Assembly (NCBI GenBank): GCA_945902215.1
Contig: CAMDML010000007.1
Location: 4,178-68,177, forward strand
From: Klebsiella pneumoniae
Lineage (GTDB): Bacteria > Pseudomonadota > Gammaproteobacteria > Pseudomonadales > Pseudohongiellaceae
Reading direction: 5' to 3'
Length of the DNA stretch: 64,000 nucleotides
Position 1 is the stretch's first letter; each line of letters begins with the position of its first letter. Positions 27,201 to 35,407 of this stretch are shown piece by piece. The notes under the pieces are model-generated. The model searched no databases. It was given only the letters and a program-made list of their open reading frames with translations, and was not told the DNA's origin. The position numbers were made by a program, and so were the translations under genes.

Positions 27201-27824
27201 GACCATAGAGATACGGGTCTCGTCGGCATCACCGTCGTCGGTTACACCATACTGCGTGTCGAATTCAAAGCCTTCGAAGTTATCGCGCAGGATAAAGTTG
27301 GTTACACCTGCCACAGCGTCAGCACCGTATACAGCGGATGCGCCGCCAGTGATGGTTTCAACGCGTTGGATCAGTGCAGAAGGGATGCCGTTGACGTCAG
27401 TAACCATCAGCGGGTTGATCGGGGTAGGACGCTTGCCGTTAACCAATACGAGGCTGCGGTTGGCGCCAAAGCCGCGCAGTGATATCGACGCGATACCGAC
27501 GGAGTTTACCGGCGTGATCTGTACGTCACCTTGGGTGGTTGTCGGCGATGCTGCCGGGTTATATTCGGGCAACTGGTTCAGATAGGATTCAACGTTCAGG
27601 CCTGTCTGGGTTTCAAAATCTGCGGCATTTACAGTAACGATTGGACTATTGGAGTCATAGTCACGACGAACGATACGCGAGCCTGTGATAACAATTTCTT
27701 CAAGTCCTTCTTCTTCCGCCGCATATGCGATCGGAGCAATGCTGCTCAAAACCATGGCGCTGAGCGCTGCCGAAACGGAAGCGGATAGCAGGGATGGCTT
27801 TAGCTGGGATGGATATTTGGACAT
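24279..27824 (-). CDS. TonB-dependent receptor 2 (1181 aa, 10 Cys)
   Basis: Signal peptide, TonB box EIVITGSR, GGASAVYGADAVAGVTNFIL, RAPNLGEMF, C-terminal Phe. Paralog of receptor 1. Confidence 0.95.
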   Translation of the reverse strand: MSKYPSQLKPSLLSASVSAALSAMVLSSIAPIAYAAEEEGLEEIVITGSRIVRRDYDSNSPIVTVNAADFETQTGLNVESYLNQLPEYNPAASPTTTQGDVQITPVNSVGIASISLRGFGANRSLVLVNGKRPTPINPLMVTDVNGIPSALIQRVETITGGASAVYGADAVAGVTNFILRDNFEGFEFDTQYGVTDDGDADETRISMVLGANVADGRGNVTLGLERYNRDAERQTENDFYMDFRNNPLTGGTFGLQGINSYGCNLNCPPNSTIEGLFAGRPAGTNVFTPLAVNANNRGYNFNSDGTIWVAGSQGGLSRYKGPRDNGEYLPQTTYDGSIPPGSTTFSNLKWYDQSAFSSAPQERYSFFTSGNFDVTDTVNVFGRATFAESKTRTTLFGTSAITGWETTVPYNPTLDSPVDPTLDYTSTAIVTAVRNNPAAFANPSFIATGKPGANFPVPPELAILLNARPTKAGPWQPNWNPDDSLPPRNTYNTNEVWQVEIGTNIDLPIRDWTAEIYGSHAESATYNVATGNLSLSRYRALSNLKDYGRNASGTGNLKYTLGDGTTINAPRPAFGVGDYKCTTGLYDTFFSGDKPMSKDCFEAINANLQTRTQNKQDIIEVNLQGSLMELPAGEVRAAAGFQNRRNSSKFYPDILQSQNSFTDQVIGVYPTGSLDAGTSVDDVYVEALVPVLSDIKFIQSLELELGARYSDYEHSDPETTWKALANWEINDRLRVRGGFNAATRAPNLGEMFLNQQEIFTVGGANFGDGCGLRSNAPFGAGGALPDPILNPGEPQTALAPSQTNAGALSALMICEELMGGQNSLAANQFYKVSNAGGAAGATFNWILQEGNTNLTSETAETWTLGAVATSPWDNPWLSGMTLSLDAYRIEIEDAIMLYSLDYAQNRCFGTPVTTRAEAQARAKTDGCMLLPRDQVNGVGLTSKVSYDNQATIKTQGFDIALNWFGELDELVGLPGRLGLSVNATVLDYYKTKQSPGAFDVETDWAGSLGPNLSGTNGGAYDFRLFGSVSYILDDVSLSLRWRHLPKVWSAGYNSQQAIKANNASVAAGAKGLLLGYTPTTEIETDAYDVLDFSFNWNISETYVLRGGITNLLDSEPEYVAPSAGYGASTTLNTVCSTAGGGTAPPGCQNPFGFSLPGVGSINGGYYDVLGRRYFVGIKASF

Positions 27825-27897
27825 TTGTGACCCCCTATTTATTTAGTAAAGTTGGCAGGAATAGCCTACGTTTGACGCAGATAGACCCCCAAAGTGA

Positions 27898-27926
27898 AGG
27901 CTAGCGATCTTGACCGGGTGAGTCAA
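27898..27926 (-). promoter_or_regulatory. Putative sigma70 promoter of receptor 2
   Basis: TTGACT-N17-TAGCCT, the same hexamers as at 24042-24070. Confidence 0.7.
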
Positions 27927-28041
27927 TTGCAAAATGGGCATGTCCAGATGTAGTCAATGGTTGTTTGTTTCAGCACAAATTAGCTGAACACATTGTCAAT
28001 TGACCGACAAATGGGCGGTTTGGAGCTGGCCGGGGCTTACT

Positions 28042-28671
28042 TCAGTCAACCCTTTTAACCTGGATATACCCGGCTAACCTGGCGGCACTAAGGCGATAAG
28101 AACTGCCCCAACGGGTAGGGTAGATTCTCACCTCGTCACCCACTTTCAGTGGATAGGACTTGCTGTACATCTGCTGCCACTCTTGGCCGCTTTCCAGAGT
28201 AATCCGCAGCATCACAGGGCCATACTGTTCAAGGCTGGCGATGGTGTCGACCAGCTCGGACTTGCCGTCTGCGCCTTCCAGCACGCGGGCATTGTCTGAT
28301 TCGTCTGTCCTGCCGAAGCCGTCCAACTCCGACACTGGCGCCGCTTCTGTCGTCGCTTCCGGTTGAACGTCCGCAGCGTCCCTGTTGAAGATCCTGCCAA
28401 GGCCAAAGAACGAGCTTTCTTCCTCTTCGACCGCTTCAACCCGGGCGCTCTGTGAACCGTTATTCTGCGCGGCTGGGGCCGGAGCGCTGCTCCTCGAACG
28501 GGAAACAGTTCCCGCAGCAGTATCCCAGCTGTCATAACAGGCATAGCGCGCCAAGCGGTCCTGAATGGCGCGGCAGTCACTGATATCTGCCGCCTGAACC
28601 GTGCTACAGAGGCTAAGGGGGGTCAAAATAACCGACAGCAGCCCTGCAACTAAATGTTTGATTTTTATCAT
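28042..28671 (-). CDS. Exported hypothetical protein with a C..I.D...R.ACYD motif
   Basis: Signal peptide, CRAIQDRLARYACYD, a low-complexity acidic linker and a small beta-rich C-terminal domain (ITLESGQEWQQ). Confidence 0.8.
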   Translation of the reverse strand: MIKIKHLVAGLLSVILTPLSLCSTVQAADISDCRAIQDRLARYACYDSWDTAAGTVSRSRSSAPAPAAQNNGSQSARVEAVEEEESSFFGLGRIFNRDAADVQPEATTEAAPVSELDGFGRTDESDNARVLEGADGKSELVDTIASLEQYGPVMLRITLESGQEWQQMYSKSYPLKVGDEVRIYPTRWGSSYRLSAARLAGYIQVKRVD

Positions 28672-28807
28672 GAATATCTTCTATATCCAGTTATTTATTG
28701 GAAGGCGGGCAGAGGGGCCCGGTTGAGCGGTCAGAAAGGATAAACCAGCCCCCCCATCAATACAATGAAGGGCGCTTGGCCAGCTCAGGCCAATTCCGCC
28801 GATTTTT

Positions 28808-29446
28808 TTACTGCCCCGCGGCCAACACCGACCTGAAATTCCCCGCCATTTTTCCCGGATCATGCGGCAGTTTGAAGAAGCCGTGGAACTCGCCATTGGG
28901 GTTGATCAGGAGAATCTCGCCGCTGTGGCTGACGAGGTACTCTCCGTTTTCGGTGGGTTGGTAGCCGAAAGCAACGTTAAGTTGACGGCCGAGATTGAAG
29001 ATGTCGATGTACTGGCCAGTGACGCCAATATAGTCCGGGCTGAAGTACCCCATGTACGCGGCGAGCTTCTCTGCCGTGTCGCGCTGCGGGTCAACGCTGA
29101 TCATCGCCACCTGGATTTGCTCCGCCGCTTCTGTGTCCTGCAGCAAGCCTTCGAACTGGCGAATTGTCGCCAAGGTAATCGGACAAATGTCAGGGCAGAA
29201 GGTATAACCGAAGAACAGCAGCGACCACTTCCCCTTGAGTCTTGCTTCCGTGAACGGCACGCCGTTGTGATCAGTCAGCGCGAACGCTGCCACCTGACGC
29301 GGGATGTCATAAACGAACAGGCCATTCTCTGCGAGCTGCGCGTTGCTCAGTACGGCGGGCGCCAAGATGCGATTCACCAGCAAGCCCAGCAATATCGCCA
29401 TAAAGGCAGCGCAGGCGATCACGGTATTGGCGATGTTGCGCTTCAT
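28808..29446 (-). CDS. senC: SCO1/SenC copper chaperone
   Basis: FFGYTFCPDICP, SVDPQRD and a conserved His (VSHSG). Confidence 0.93.
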   Translation of the reverse strand: MKRNIANTVIACAAFMAILLGLLVNRILAPAVLSNAQLAENGLFVYDIPRQVAAFALTDHNGVPFTEARLKGKWSLLFFGYTFCPDICPITLATIRQFEGLLQDTEAAEQIQVAMISVDPQRDTAEKLAAYMGYFSPDYIGVTGQYIDIFNLGRQLNVAFGYQPTENGEYLVSHSGEILLINPNGEFHGFFKLPHDPGKMAGNFRSVLAAGQ

Positions 29447-29457
29447 CGGTGTACTGC

Positions 29458-30480
29458 TTACCACGCGGAGCTTCGGAACAGGCGGTAGTTAAGTGTAACC
29501 AGGGATAACAAGAGCAATGCGCCACCCGCATTGTGCGCCACCGCAACCCACAACGGCAGCGACCAGATGATGTTACTCAGGCCGAGGCCAAGCTGGATGA
29601 CAAGCAGCGCGAGCATCAGGTGCGCATGCCCACGCATGGCGTGTCCGCCTGCGTATTTGTACATGCGCGAAATCAGATACCCGAGATACAGCGCCACGAC
29701 GATGGCGCCCATGCGATGCATGAAATGAATCGCGACGCGTCCTTCGCCTTCCATCTGGCCACCGAGATAGTTCGGGCCAATTTCCTGGAAGATGTTGAAC
29801 CCATGCGCAAAATCCATCGGGGGCAGCCAGCGACCCTGGCACGTTGGTAGTTCAGGACAGGCGAGCGCGGCGTAGTTGGAGCTGGTCCAGCCGCCGAGCG
29901 TGATCTGGCAGCAAACCAGAATCATTCCTGTCAAGGCGAGCGGCTTTAGTGCCTGCCAGTGCCGTAGCGGAATATTGGGATGCGCCCATGAGTGATTGTT
30001 CAGTCGCAGTGCCAGCAACCACAGCAGGCTTAGCGTCGTAAACCCCCCCAACAAATGCAGCGTCACTACTTGGGGCCACAGCTTCAGCGTTACTGTCCAC
30101 ATGCCGAACAGGCCTTGCGCGATCACCAAGGCCAGCAGAAACACCGGCAGTTTGAAGGGCTGCCCCCGGGAATCGCGATGGCGCCATGCCAGCACATTGA
30201 TGCCGATGATCAACAGGCCCAAGGCGCTGGCGAAGTAGCGATGGATGACTTCCGGCCAGGCCTTGTGTTGTTCAAAGGGAGCATCGGGGTATGCCGCTTC
30301 GGCTTGCGCGATCTGTTCGGGAGTTTCCGGCCACATCACGAGATGCCCGTAGCAGCCCGGCCAGTCGGGGCAGCCGAGCCCGGCATCGCGCAGACGCGTA
30401 AATGCGCCAAGGATAACAACGCACACGGCAAGTGCTACCGCAATCATCACCAGCGCATAGGAAGGTTTGGTACTTTTCAT
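29458..30480 (-). CDS. ctaA: Heme A synthase COX15/CtaA
   Basis: AGLGCPDWPGCYG, E.IHR, HLLGG, HR.GA and VAHN motifs. Confidence 0.93.
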   Translation of the reverse strand: MKSTKPSYALVMIAVALAVCVVILGAFTRLRDAGLGCPDWPGCYGHLVMWPETPEQIAQAEAAYPDAPFEQHKAWPEVIHRYFASALGLLIIGINVLAWRHRDSRGQPFKLPVFLLALVIAQGLFGMWTVTLKLWPQVVTLHLLGGFTTLSLLWLLALRLNNHSWAHPNIPLRHWQALKPLALTGMILVCCQITLGGWTSSNYAALACPELPTCQGRWLPPMDFAHGFNIFQEIGPNYLGGQMEGEGRVAIHFMHRMGAIVVALYLGYLISRMYKYAGGHAMRGHAHLMLALLVIQLGLGLSNIIWSLPLWVAVAHNAGGALLLLSLVTLNYRLFRSSAW

Positions 30481-30527
30481 TTCATCTAAGCTCTTTTGGA
30501 AAGCCTCTTGTGCATAGGCCCTTGCTA

Positions 30528-31172
30528 TCAGCCGAGGCTGCTATGGTCCAGCAGCTTGTCGAGATCCGACAGGATGTCTTCGGGTGTATTCACTGGCGTG
30601 AAATACAACATCACATTGCCCACTGGATCCACCACATATATATAGTGCATTGAGATCGGGTCGGAACCCGGCGCAACGGCTCCCCGCAACAAGTCGCGGA
30701 GTGTAGCCTCGCCGGTATACACGACCTTCATGTCCGGTTGCTGCGCCGCCAGCAGTGCGGCGGTGGCCTCAGGCAAGGGGCCGGGGGCATCACTGACCTG
30801 CACATAGACCCGCTCAACGCGCTCGAACTCCTTGCTCAACCGCACGTGAAGCTGGCGCAGAAAATACAGCCGTTCTGCACACCTGTCATCACATTCCGGC
30901 GCGCCCAGATACAACAACTGCCAGGGCCGAGGTTCGTAGTCTGTGGGGCTGACACCCGCAACCAACTGTTCGAATGGCGCGTAGGCCGGTGTGCCGGCAC
31001 CGTTACGCAGATTCAGCGACGTGATATCCAGCACGGGGATGACCAGTACGCCCTTGTTGGTGGTGGCGCTAACGCCCTCAAGTTCGCGGGTGCCGAAATA
31101 CCAGGTGGCCAGACTGATCGGCAGCGCGGCAATCAGTAGCAGGAAGGTCAGCTTGAGTTTGTTCTTGTCCAT
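30528..31172 (-). CDS. Cytochrome oxidase-associated thioredoxin-like membrane protein
   Basis: TNKGVL, CxxxC, RQLH, VDP.GN.ML.F, DL.KLL..S.G. Conserved slot between SURF1 and COX15. Confidence 0.8.
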   Translation of the reverse strand: MDKNKLKLTFLLLIAALPISLATWYFGTRELEGVSATTNKGVLVIPVLDITSLNLRNGAGTPAYAPFEQLVAGVSPTDYEPRPWQLLYLGAPECDDRCAERLYFLRQLHVRLSKEFERVERVYVQVSDAPGPLPEATAALLAAQQPDMKVVYTGEATLRDLLRGAVAPGSDPISMHYIYVVDPVGNVMLYFTPVNTPEDILSDLDKLLDHSSLG

Positions 31173-31197
31173 GATCGACTCTCAAATCTCAATCGTG

Positions 31198-31926
31198 TCA
31201 GTTGGCGGATTCGGGGCGAGTACTGTAATAAAGGTAGAGGCCGAGCAGCATGGTTGCCATGGCGAACCACTGCACAGCATAGCCGCGGTGTTTTTGCGGT
31301 GTGGTGCTGATCAGCGGCCAGTCGCGCACCAAAACCCCGGGGGCGCCTTCAGCCAGTCGGACCGTATACGGAAACAATGCGGCTTCCGTATAGCTCGCTT
31401 CTTTTGCCATACGCATCAGGTCAAGGGTTTGTATCACTTGTGGCCAACCTTCGGTCGCAACAGCTTCACCCAGCACGAACGGATCGCCCACCGGGACATA
31501 GATGCTACCGCGCAACAAGACTTGGCCATCGAGAGCAGCGATGGCCGGTAGCAGAGCGCGCGACGGACCTTGGGCAATCCAGCCGCGGTTGATAAACACC
31601 TGCTGGTTGTCATCCGTCGTGACCGGGGTAATGACGTCATACCCGACCCGACCCTGATGAATGCGGTTGTCGAGCAGAAAGGTGTGGGCATTGTCGAAGG
31701 TGCCACGCAACTCAACTTGCCGATACTGCAGATCAGCGGCGGGGATCAGCGTGCCGAGCGCGGCGGGCGCCTCCATTTGGCGAGCCGCATACACATCTTG
31801 CAAGGCAAGCTTTTCCTGTTCACGGAGTAGCTGCCAAAAGCCGAGGAGAACCAGCAGCGGCAGCAGCACTGCTGTCAGCAGTGTGAGCTTCCAGTCGAAG
31901 CGAAATTGTTGGAGCCGTTCAAACAT
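31198..31926 (-). CDS. SURF1-family cytochrome oxidase assembly protein
   Basis: LGFWQL.R..EK, LLDNR, INRGW and H.GYAVQWF motifs. Confidence 0.93.
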   Translation of the reverse strand: MFERLQQFRFDWKLTLLTAVLLPLLVLLGFWQLLREQEKLALQDVYAARQMEAPAALGTLIPAADLQYRQVELRGTFDNAHTFLLDNRIHQGRVGYDVITPVTTDDNQQVFINRGWIAQGPSRALLPAIAALDGQVLLRGSIYVPVGDPFVLGEAVATEGWPQVIQTLDLMRMAKEASYTEAALFPYTVRLAEGAPGVLVRDWPLISTTPQKHRGYAVQWFAMATMLLGLYLYYSTRPESAN

Positions 31927-31993
31927 GGGTGTTGGCCGCAAGCCGTTTTGTTACCATGCGCGACAATTCTTCCGACAACCGCCGTCTGTCCGC

Positions 31994-32203
31994 ATGCTGA
32001 AAATCATTATTGCTGCTCTGCTCGCCGCTATCATCCTAAGCTTGGGGTGCAGCGCCGTGTTTTTCTTCAAGGATCAGGGCAAGAGCAAACGCACACTGTA
32101 CACGCTCGGCGTGCGCATCGCGTTGTCGATATTGCTGATCCTGCTCCTCGTGTATGGCGTATTAACGGGGCAATTGGCGCTGAACGCGCCGTGGCTCTCG
32201 TAA
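31994..32203 (+). CDS. Twin-transmembrane small protein (DUF2909-like)
   Basis: 69 aa, MLKIIIAALL...SLG...F.KD.G...R....L..RI.LS. Opposite strand between coxC and SURF1, as in other proteobacterial cox clusters. Confidence 0.85.
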   Translation: MLKIIIAALLAAIILSLGCSAVFFFKDQGKSKRTLYTLGVRIALSILLILLLVYGVLTGQLALNAPWLS

Positions 32204-32231
32204 CGCGTCAGAAGACTCTTCAGAAGACTCT

Positions 32232-33161
32232 TCAGAAGATATAGACGAACAGGAACAGGCAGACCCATACCACGTCCACGAAGTGCCAGTACCAGGATGC
32301 GGCTTCAAAGCCGAAATGATCTTCGGGCTTGAAGTGCCCTTTCATACTGCGGAACCACATCACCCCCAGCATGAACGCGCCGAGCGTCACGTGAAAGCCG
32401 TGGAAGCCGGTGAGCAGGAAGAAGGTAGAGCCGTAGATGCCGGAATTCAGCGTCAGCCCGAGCTCTTCATACGCGTGCATATACTCTTCGATCTGCAGGA
32501 ACAGGAACGCGATGCCGAGCAGTACCGTGATGCCAAGCCAAATATTAAGCTGTCTGCGCTGTTCGTTTTTCAGTGCTGTATGCGCAATGTGCACAGTTAC
32601 GCTTGAGCTGATCAGAATAATCGTGTTCCACAGCGGCAGGTAGCTCAGCATTCTGGCGAAGCCCGGCCACGCCATCGACTCTTCCGGATTTTCGAACAAC
32701 TCCGGATTCGGGTTTGATACCACCGGCCAAGCGGGCGAAAAATCGGGCCATAGCATGGCCGAAATGCCTTTATCGCCTTCGCCGCCGAGCCACGGCACGG
32801 AGAGGTTGCGCACGTAAAACAGTGCGCCGAAGAAAGCACAGAAAAACATCACTTCAGAAAAGATGAACCAATACATGCCAAACACATAAGAGCGTTTCAG
32901 CTGCGCGCTCGGCAGGCCCTGATGGTTCTCGCGTATCTGCGTAGCAAACCAGCTGTACAACACACAGGCCAGAGTGAAAAAGCCGAGGAAAGCCGTCCAG
33001 GTCGACACGGTCGTATCGACTTCAGCTTTGATGTCGTTCAGCATATTGCCGAGGCCGAAGACCATCAGGAACAGGCCGAACGAAGCCCAGATAGGAAACT
33101 TCGATTGTTCGGGCACGTAGTAATGTTCGTAGCCGTTCGTGGTGTCTTTTGCCTTAACCAT
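32232..33161 (-). CDS. coxC: Cytochrome c oxidase subunit III
   Basis: WFIFSEVMFF, TGFHGFHV and WYWHFVDVVW motifs. Start at ATG 33161 (TTG at 33185 is possible). Confidence 0.96.
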   Translation of the reverse strand: MVKAKDTTNGYEHYYVPEQSKFPIWASFGLFLMVFGLGNMLNDIKAEVDTTVSTWTAFLGFFTLACVLYSWFATQIRENHQGLPSAQLKRSYVFGMYWFIFSEVMFFCAFFGALFYVRNLSVPWLGGEGDKGISAMLWPDFSPAWPVVSNPNPELFENPEESMAWPGFARMLSYLPLWNTIILISSSVTVHIAHTALKNEQRRQLNIWLGITVLLGIAFLFLQIEEYMHAYEELGLTLNSGIYGSTFFLLTGFHGFHVTLGAFMLGVMWFRSMKGHFKPEDHFGFEAASWYWHFVDVVWVCLFLFVYIF

Positions 33162-33181
33162 GGTTCTCAGCCTTTCGTTGT

Positions 33182-33769
33182 TCAATTCGCCGTCAATGCG
33201 GCGCCATCACTCACAAAATTTTCCGTTACATCAAACAGCGTGTAGGACAGCGTCAGTTTGTGAATGTCTGCCGGCAGCGCGGGATCGATGTAGAACAGCA
33301 CGGGCATCTCGATAGCCTCGCCGCCTTCGAGCGTCTGCTGGGTAAAACAAAAACACTCGGTCTTGCGCAGATAGTCTGCAGCCCGCAGCGGTGCAACGCT
33401 CGGGACAGCCTGGCCAACACTGCGAGCCGTGCCCGGATTGCGCGCGTAATAGTTGATTTCCGTCAGCTCCCCCGGATGCACTTCAATCTGGTGCTGCAAG
33501 GGATGGAAGTCCCAGCCCATGCCGCCGTTGTTGCTGGCGGTGAACTGCACGACAACGGTACGTTGCGCATCGATGCGCTGTGTTGCACTGTATTCAACAC
33601 GTCCGCCGGTTTTGCCATTGAGGCCGGTCCATTCGCAAAACACGTCATACATCGGCACCAGCGCGAAGCCAAAGCCGAACATGCCGACTACTGTCAGTAA
33701 CAGCTTCGCCACCAGCCTTTTGGCGCGCTTGGCTTGCTTCTGGTTGCTGTGTGCGTGCATATCGCTCAT
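33182..33769 (-). CDS. ctaG: Cytochrome c oxidase assembly protein CtaG/Cox11
   Basis: FALVP.YDVFC, GQAVPSVAP, KTECFCF and TLSYT motifs. Confidence 0.95.
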   Translation of the reverse strand: MSDMHAHSNQKQAKRAKRLVAKLLLTVVGMFGFGFALVPMYDVFCEWTGLNGKTGGRVEYSATQRIDAQRTVVVQFTASNNGGMGWDFHPLQHQIEVHPGELTEINYYARNPGTARSVGQAVPSVAPLRAADYLRKTECFCFTQQTLEGGEAIEMPVLFYIDPALPADIHKLTLSYTLFDVTENFVSDGAALTAN

Positions 33770-33779
33770 CACAAGCCTT

Positions 33780-35351
33780 TTATTTAATTAGCGGCGGCGT
33801 GGTAAACGTGTGATACGGCGCCGGCGAGGATACCGTCCATTCCAGGCCTTCAGGGTTATCCCACACTTGCGCGGTAGCTTTCTTGCCACCCATCACCGTC
33901 TTCACGACGATGAACAAAAACAGCAGCTGGCTAAAGCCAAAGATGAACGCCCCGATGCTGGAGATCATGTTGAAATCAGTGAACTGTAGTGCGTAGTCGG
34001 GAATGCGCCGCGGCATGCCGGCGAGACCGAGGAAATGCTGCGGGAAGAACAGGATATTGATACCAACAAAAGACAGCCAGAAATGCAGTTTGCCCAATGT
34101 TTCGTCATACATATTGCCGGTCCACTTCGGCAGCCAGTAGTAGGTTGCGGCCATGATCGAGAACACGGCGCCGGGCACTAGCACGTAATGAAAGTGCGCA
34201 ACCACGAAGTAGGTGTCGTGGTACTGGAAGTCGGCCGGTGCGATCGCAAGCATCAGCCCGGTGAAGCCTCCCATCGTAAACAGCACAACAAAGGCGATCG
34301 AGAACAGCATCGGGGTTTCGAAACTGATCGAGCCCCTGAACATCGTTGTGACCCAGTTGAACACTTTCACCCCGGTGGGTACTGCAATCAGCATGGTCGC
34401 GTACATGAAGAACAGTTCGCCTGCCAGCGGCATGCCTGTGGTGAACATGTGGTGCGCCCATACGATGAATGAAAGGAAAGCGATGGAGGACGTTGCATAC
34501 ACCATGGAGTCATAACCGAAGAGTCTCTTTCTGGAGAAAGTCGGGATGATCTCGGAGACCACGCCGAACGCAGGCAGAATCATGATGTAAACCTCGGGAT
34601 GCCCGAAGAACCAGAACACGTGCTGGAACAGTACCGGGTCACCCCCGCCGGCCGCGCTGAAGAAGCTGGTGCCGAAGTGAATGTCAAACAACATCATCGT
34701 CACTACGCCAGCCAGCACCGGCATTACGGCAATCAATAAATAAGCGGTAATCAGCCATGTCCACACGAACAGCGGCATCTTCATTAGCGTCATGCCGGGG
34801 GCGCGCATATTGATGATGGTGGCAATAATATTGATTGAGCCCATGATCGACGAGGCGCCCATCATGTGCACCGCAAAAATGAAATAGGTTACGGAAGACG
34901 GCGCGTAGGTGGTGGATAGCGGTGCATAGAATGTCCAGCCGAAGTTGGGCGCGCCGGCATCAGAGAACAGCGTCGATGCCAGCATCGCAAACGCGAAGGG
35001 CAGGATCCAGAAACTCCAGTTGTTCATGCGCGGTAGCGCCATGTCGGGCGCGCCGATCATCAGCGGCACCATCCAGTTGGCGAGCCCCACGAACGCGGGC
35101 ATGACAGCACCGAACACCATCACGAGGCCGTGCATTGTGGTCATCTGGTTGAAGAAGCTCGGTTCGACAAACTGCAGGCCCGGCTGGAACAGCTCGGCGC
35201 GGATCACGAGCGCAAAGGTCCCGCCTAGCAGGAACATCGCAAAGCTGAACCACAGATACATCGAACCGATGTCCTTGTGATTGGTTGTATACAGCCAGCG
35301 TGTAAAGCCTTTCGCAGGGCCGTGGTGATGTTCATCGTGTGTGTGTGCCAT
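33780..35351 (-). CDS. coxA: Cytochrome c oxidase subunit I (A1 type)
   Basis: TNHKDIG, WFFGHPEVY, WAHHMF, VAHFHY and GMPRR motifs. Confidence 0.98.
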   Translation of the reverse strand: MAHTHDEHHHGPAKGFTRWLYTTNHKDIGSMYLWFSFAMFLLGGTFALVIRAELFQPGLQFVEPSFFNQMTTMHGLVMVFGAVMPAFVGLANWMVPLMIGAPDMALPRMNNWSFWILPFAFAMLASTLFSDAGAPNFGWTFYAPLSTTYAPSSVTYFIFAVHMMGASSIMGSINIIATIINMRAPGMTLMKMPLFVWTWLITAYLLIAVMPVLAGVVTMMLFDIHFGTSFFSAAGGGDPVLFQHVFWFFGHPEVYIMILPAFGVVSEIIPTFSRKRLFGYDSMVYATSSIAFLSFIVWAHHMFTTGMPLAGELFFMYATMLIAVPTGVKVFNWVTTMFRGSISFETPMLFSIAFVVLFTMGGFTGLMLAIAPADFQYHDTYFVVAHFHYVLVPGAVFSIMAATYYWLPKWTGNMYDETLGKLHFWLSFVGINILFFPQHFLGLAGMPRRIPDYALQFTDFNMISSIGAFIFGFSQLLFLFIVVKTVMGGKKATAQVWDNPEGLEWTVSSPAPYHTFTTPPLIK

Positions 35352-35407
35352 GGTGTTATAACCTCAACCTTTCATATCTTCGCTTGCTTTATTTTTTGCG
35401 CGCGCGC

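Noticed and set aside
20546..27824. Calling the receptors zinc (ZnuD-like) transporters because they neighbour znuABC
   Set aside because: They are convergent with znuB, have their own promoters with no Zur-like box that I could see, and lack His-rich loops.
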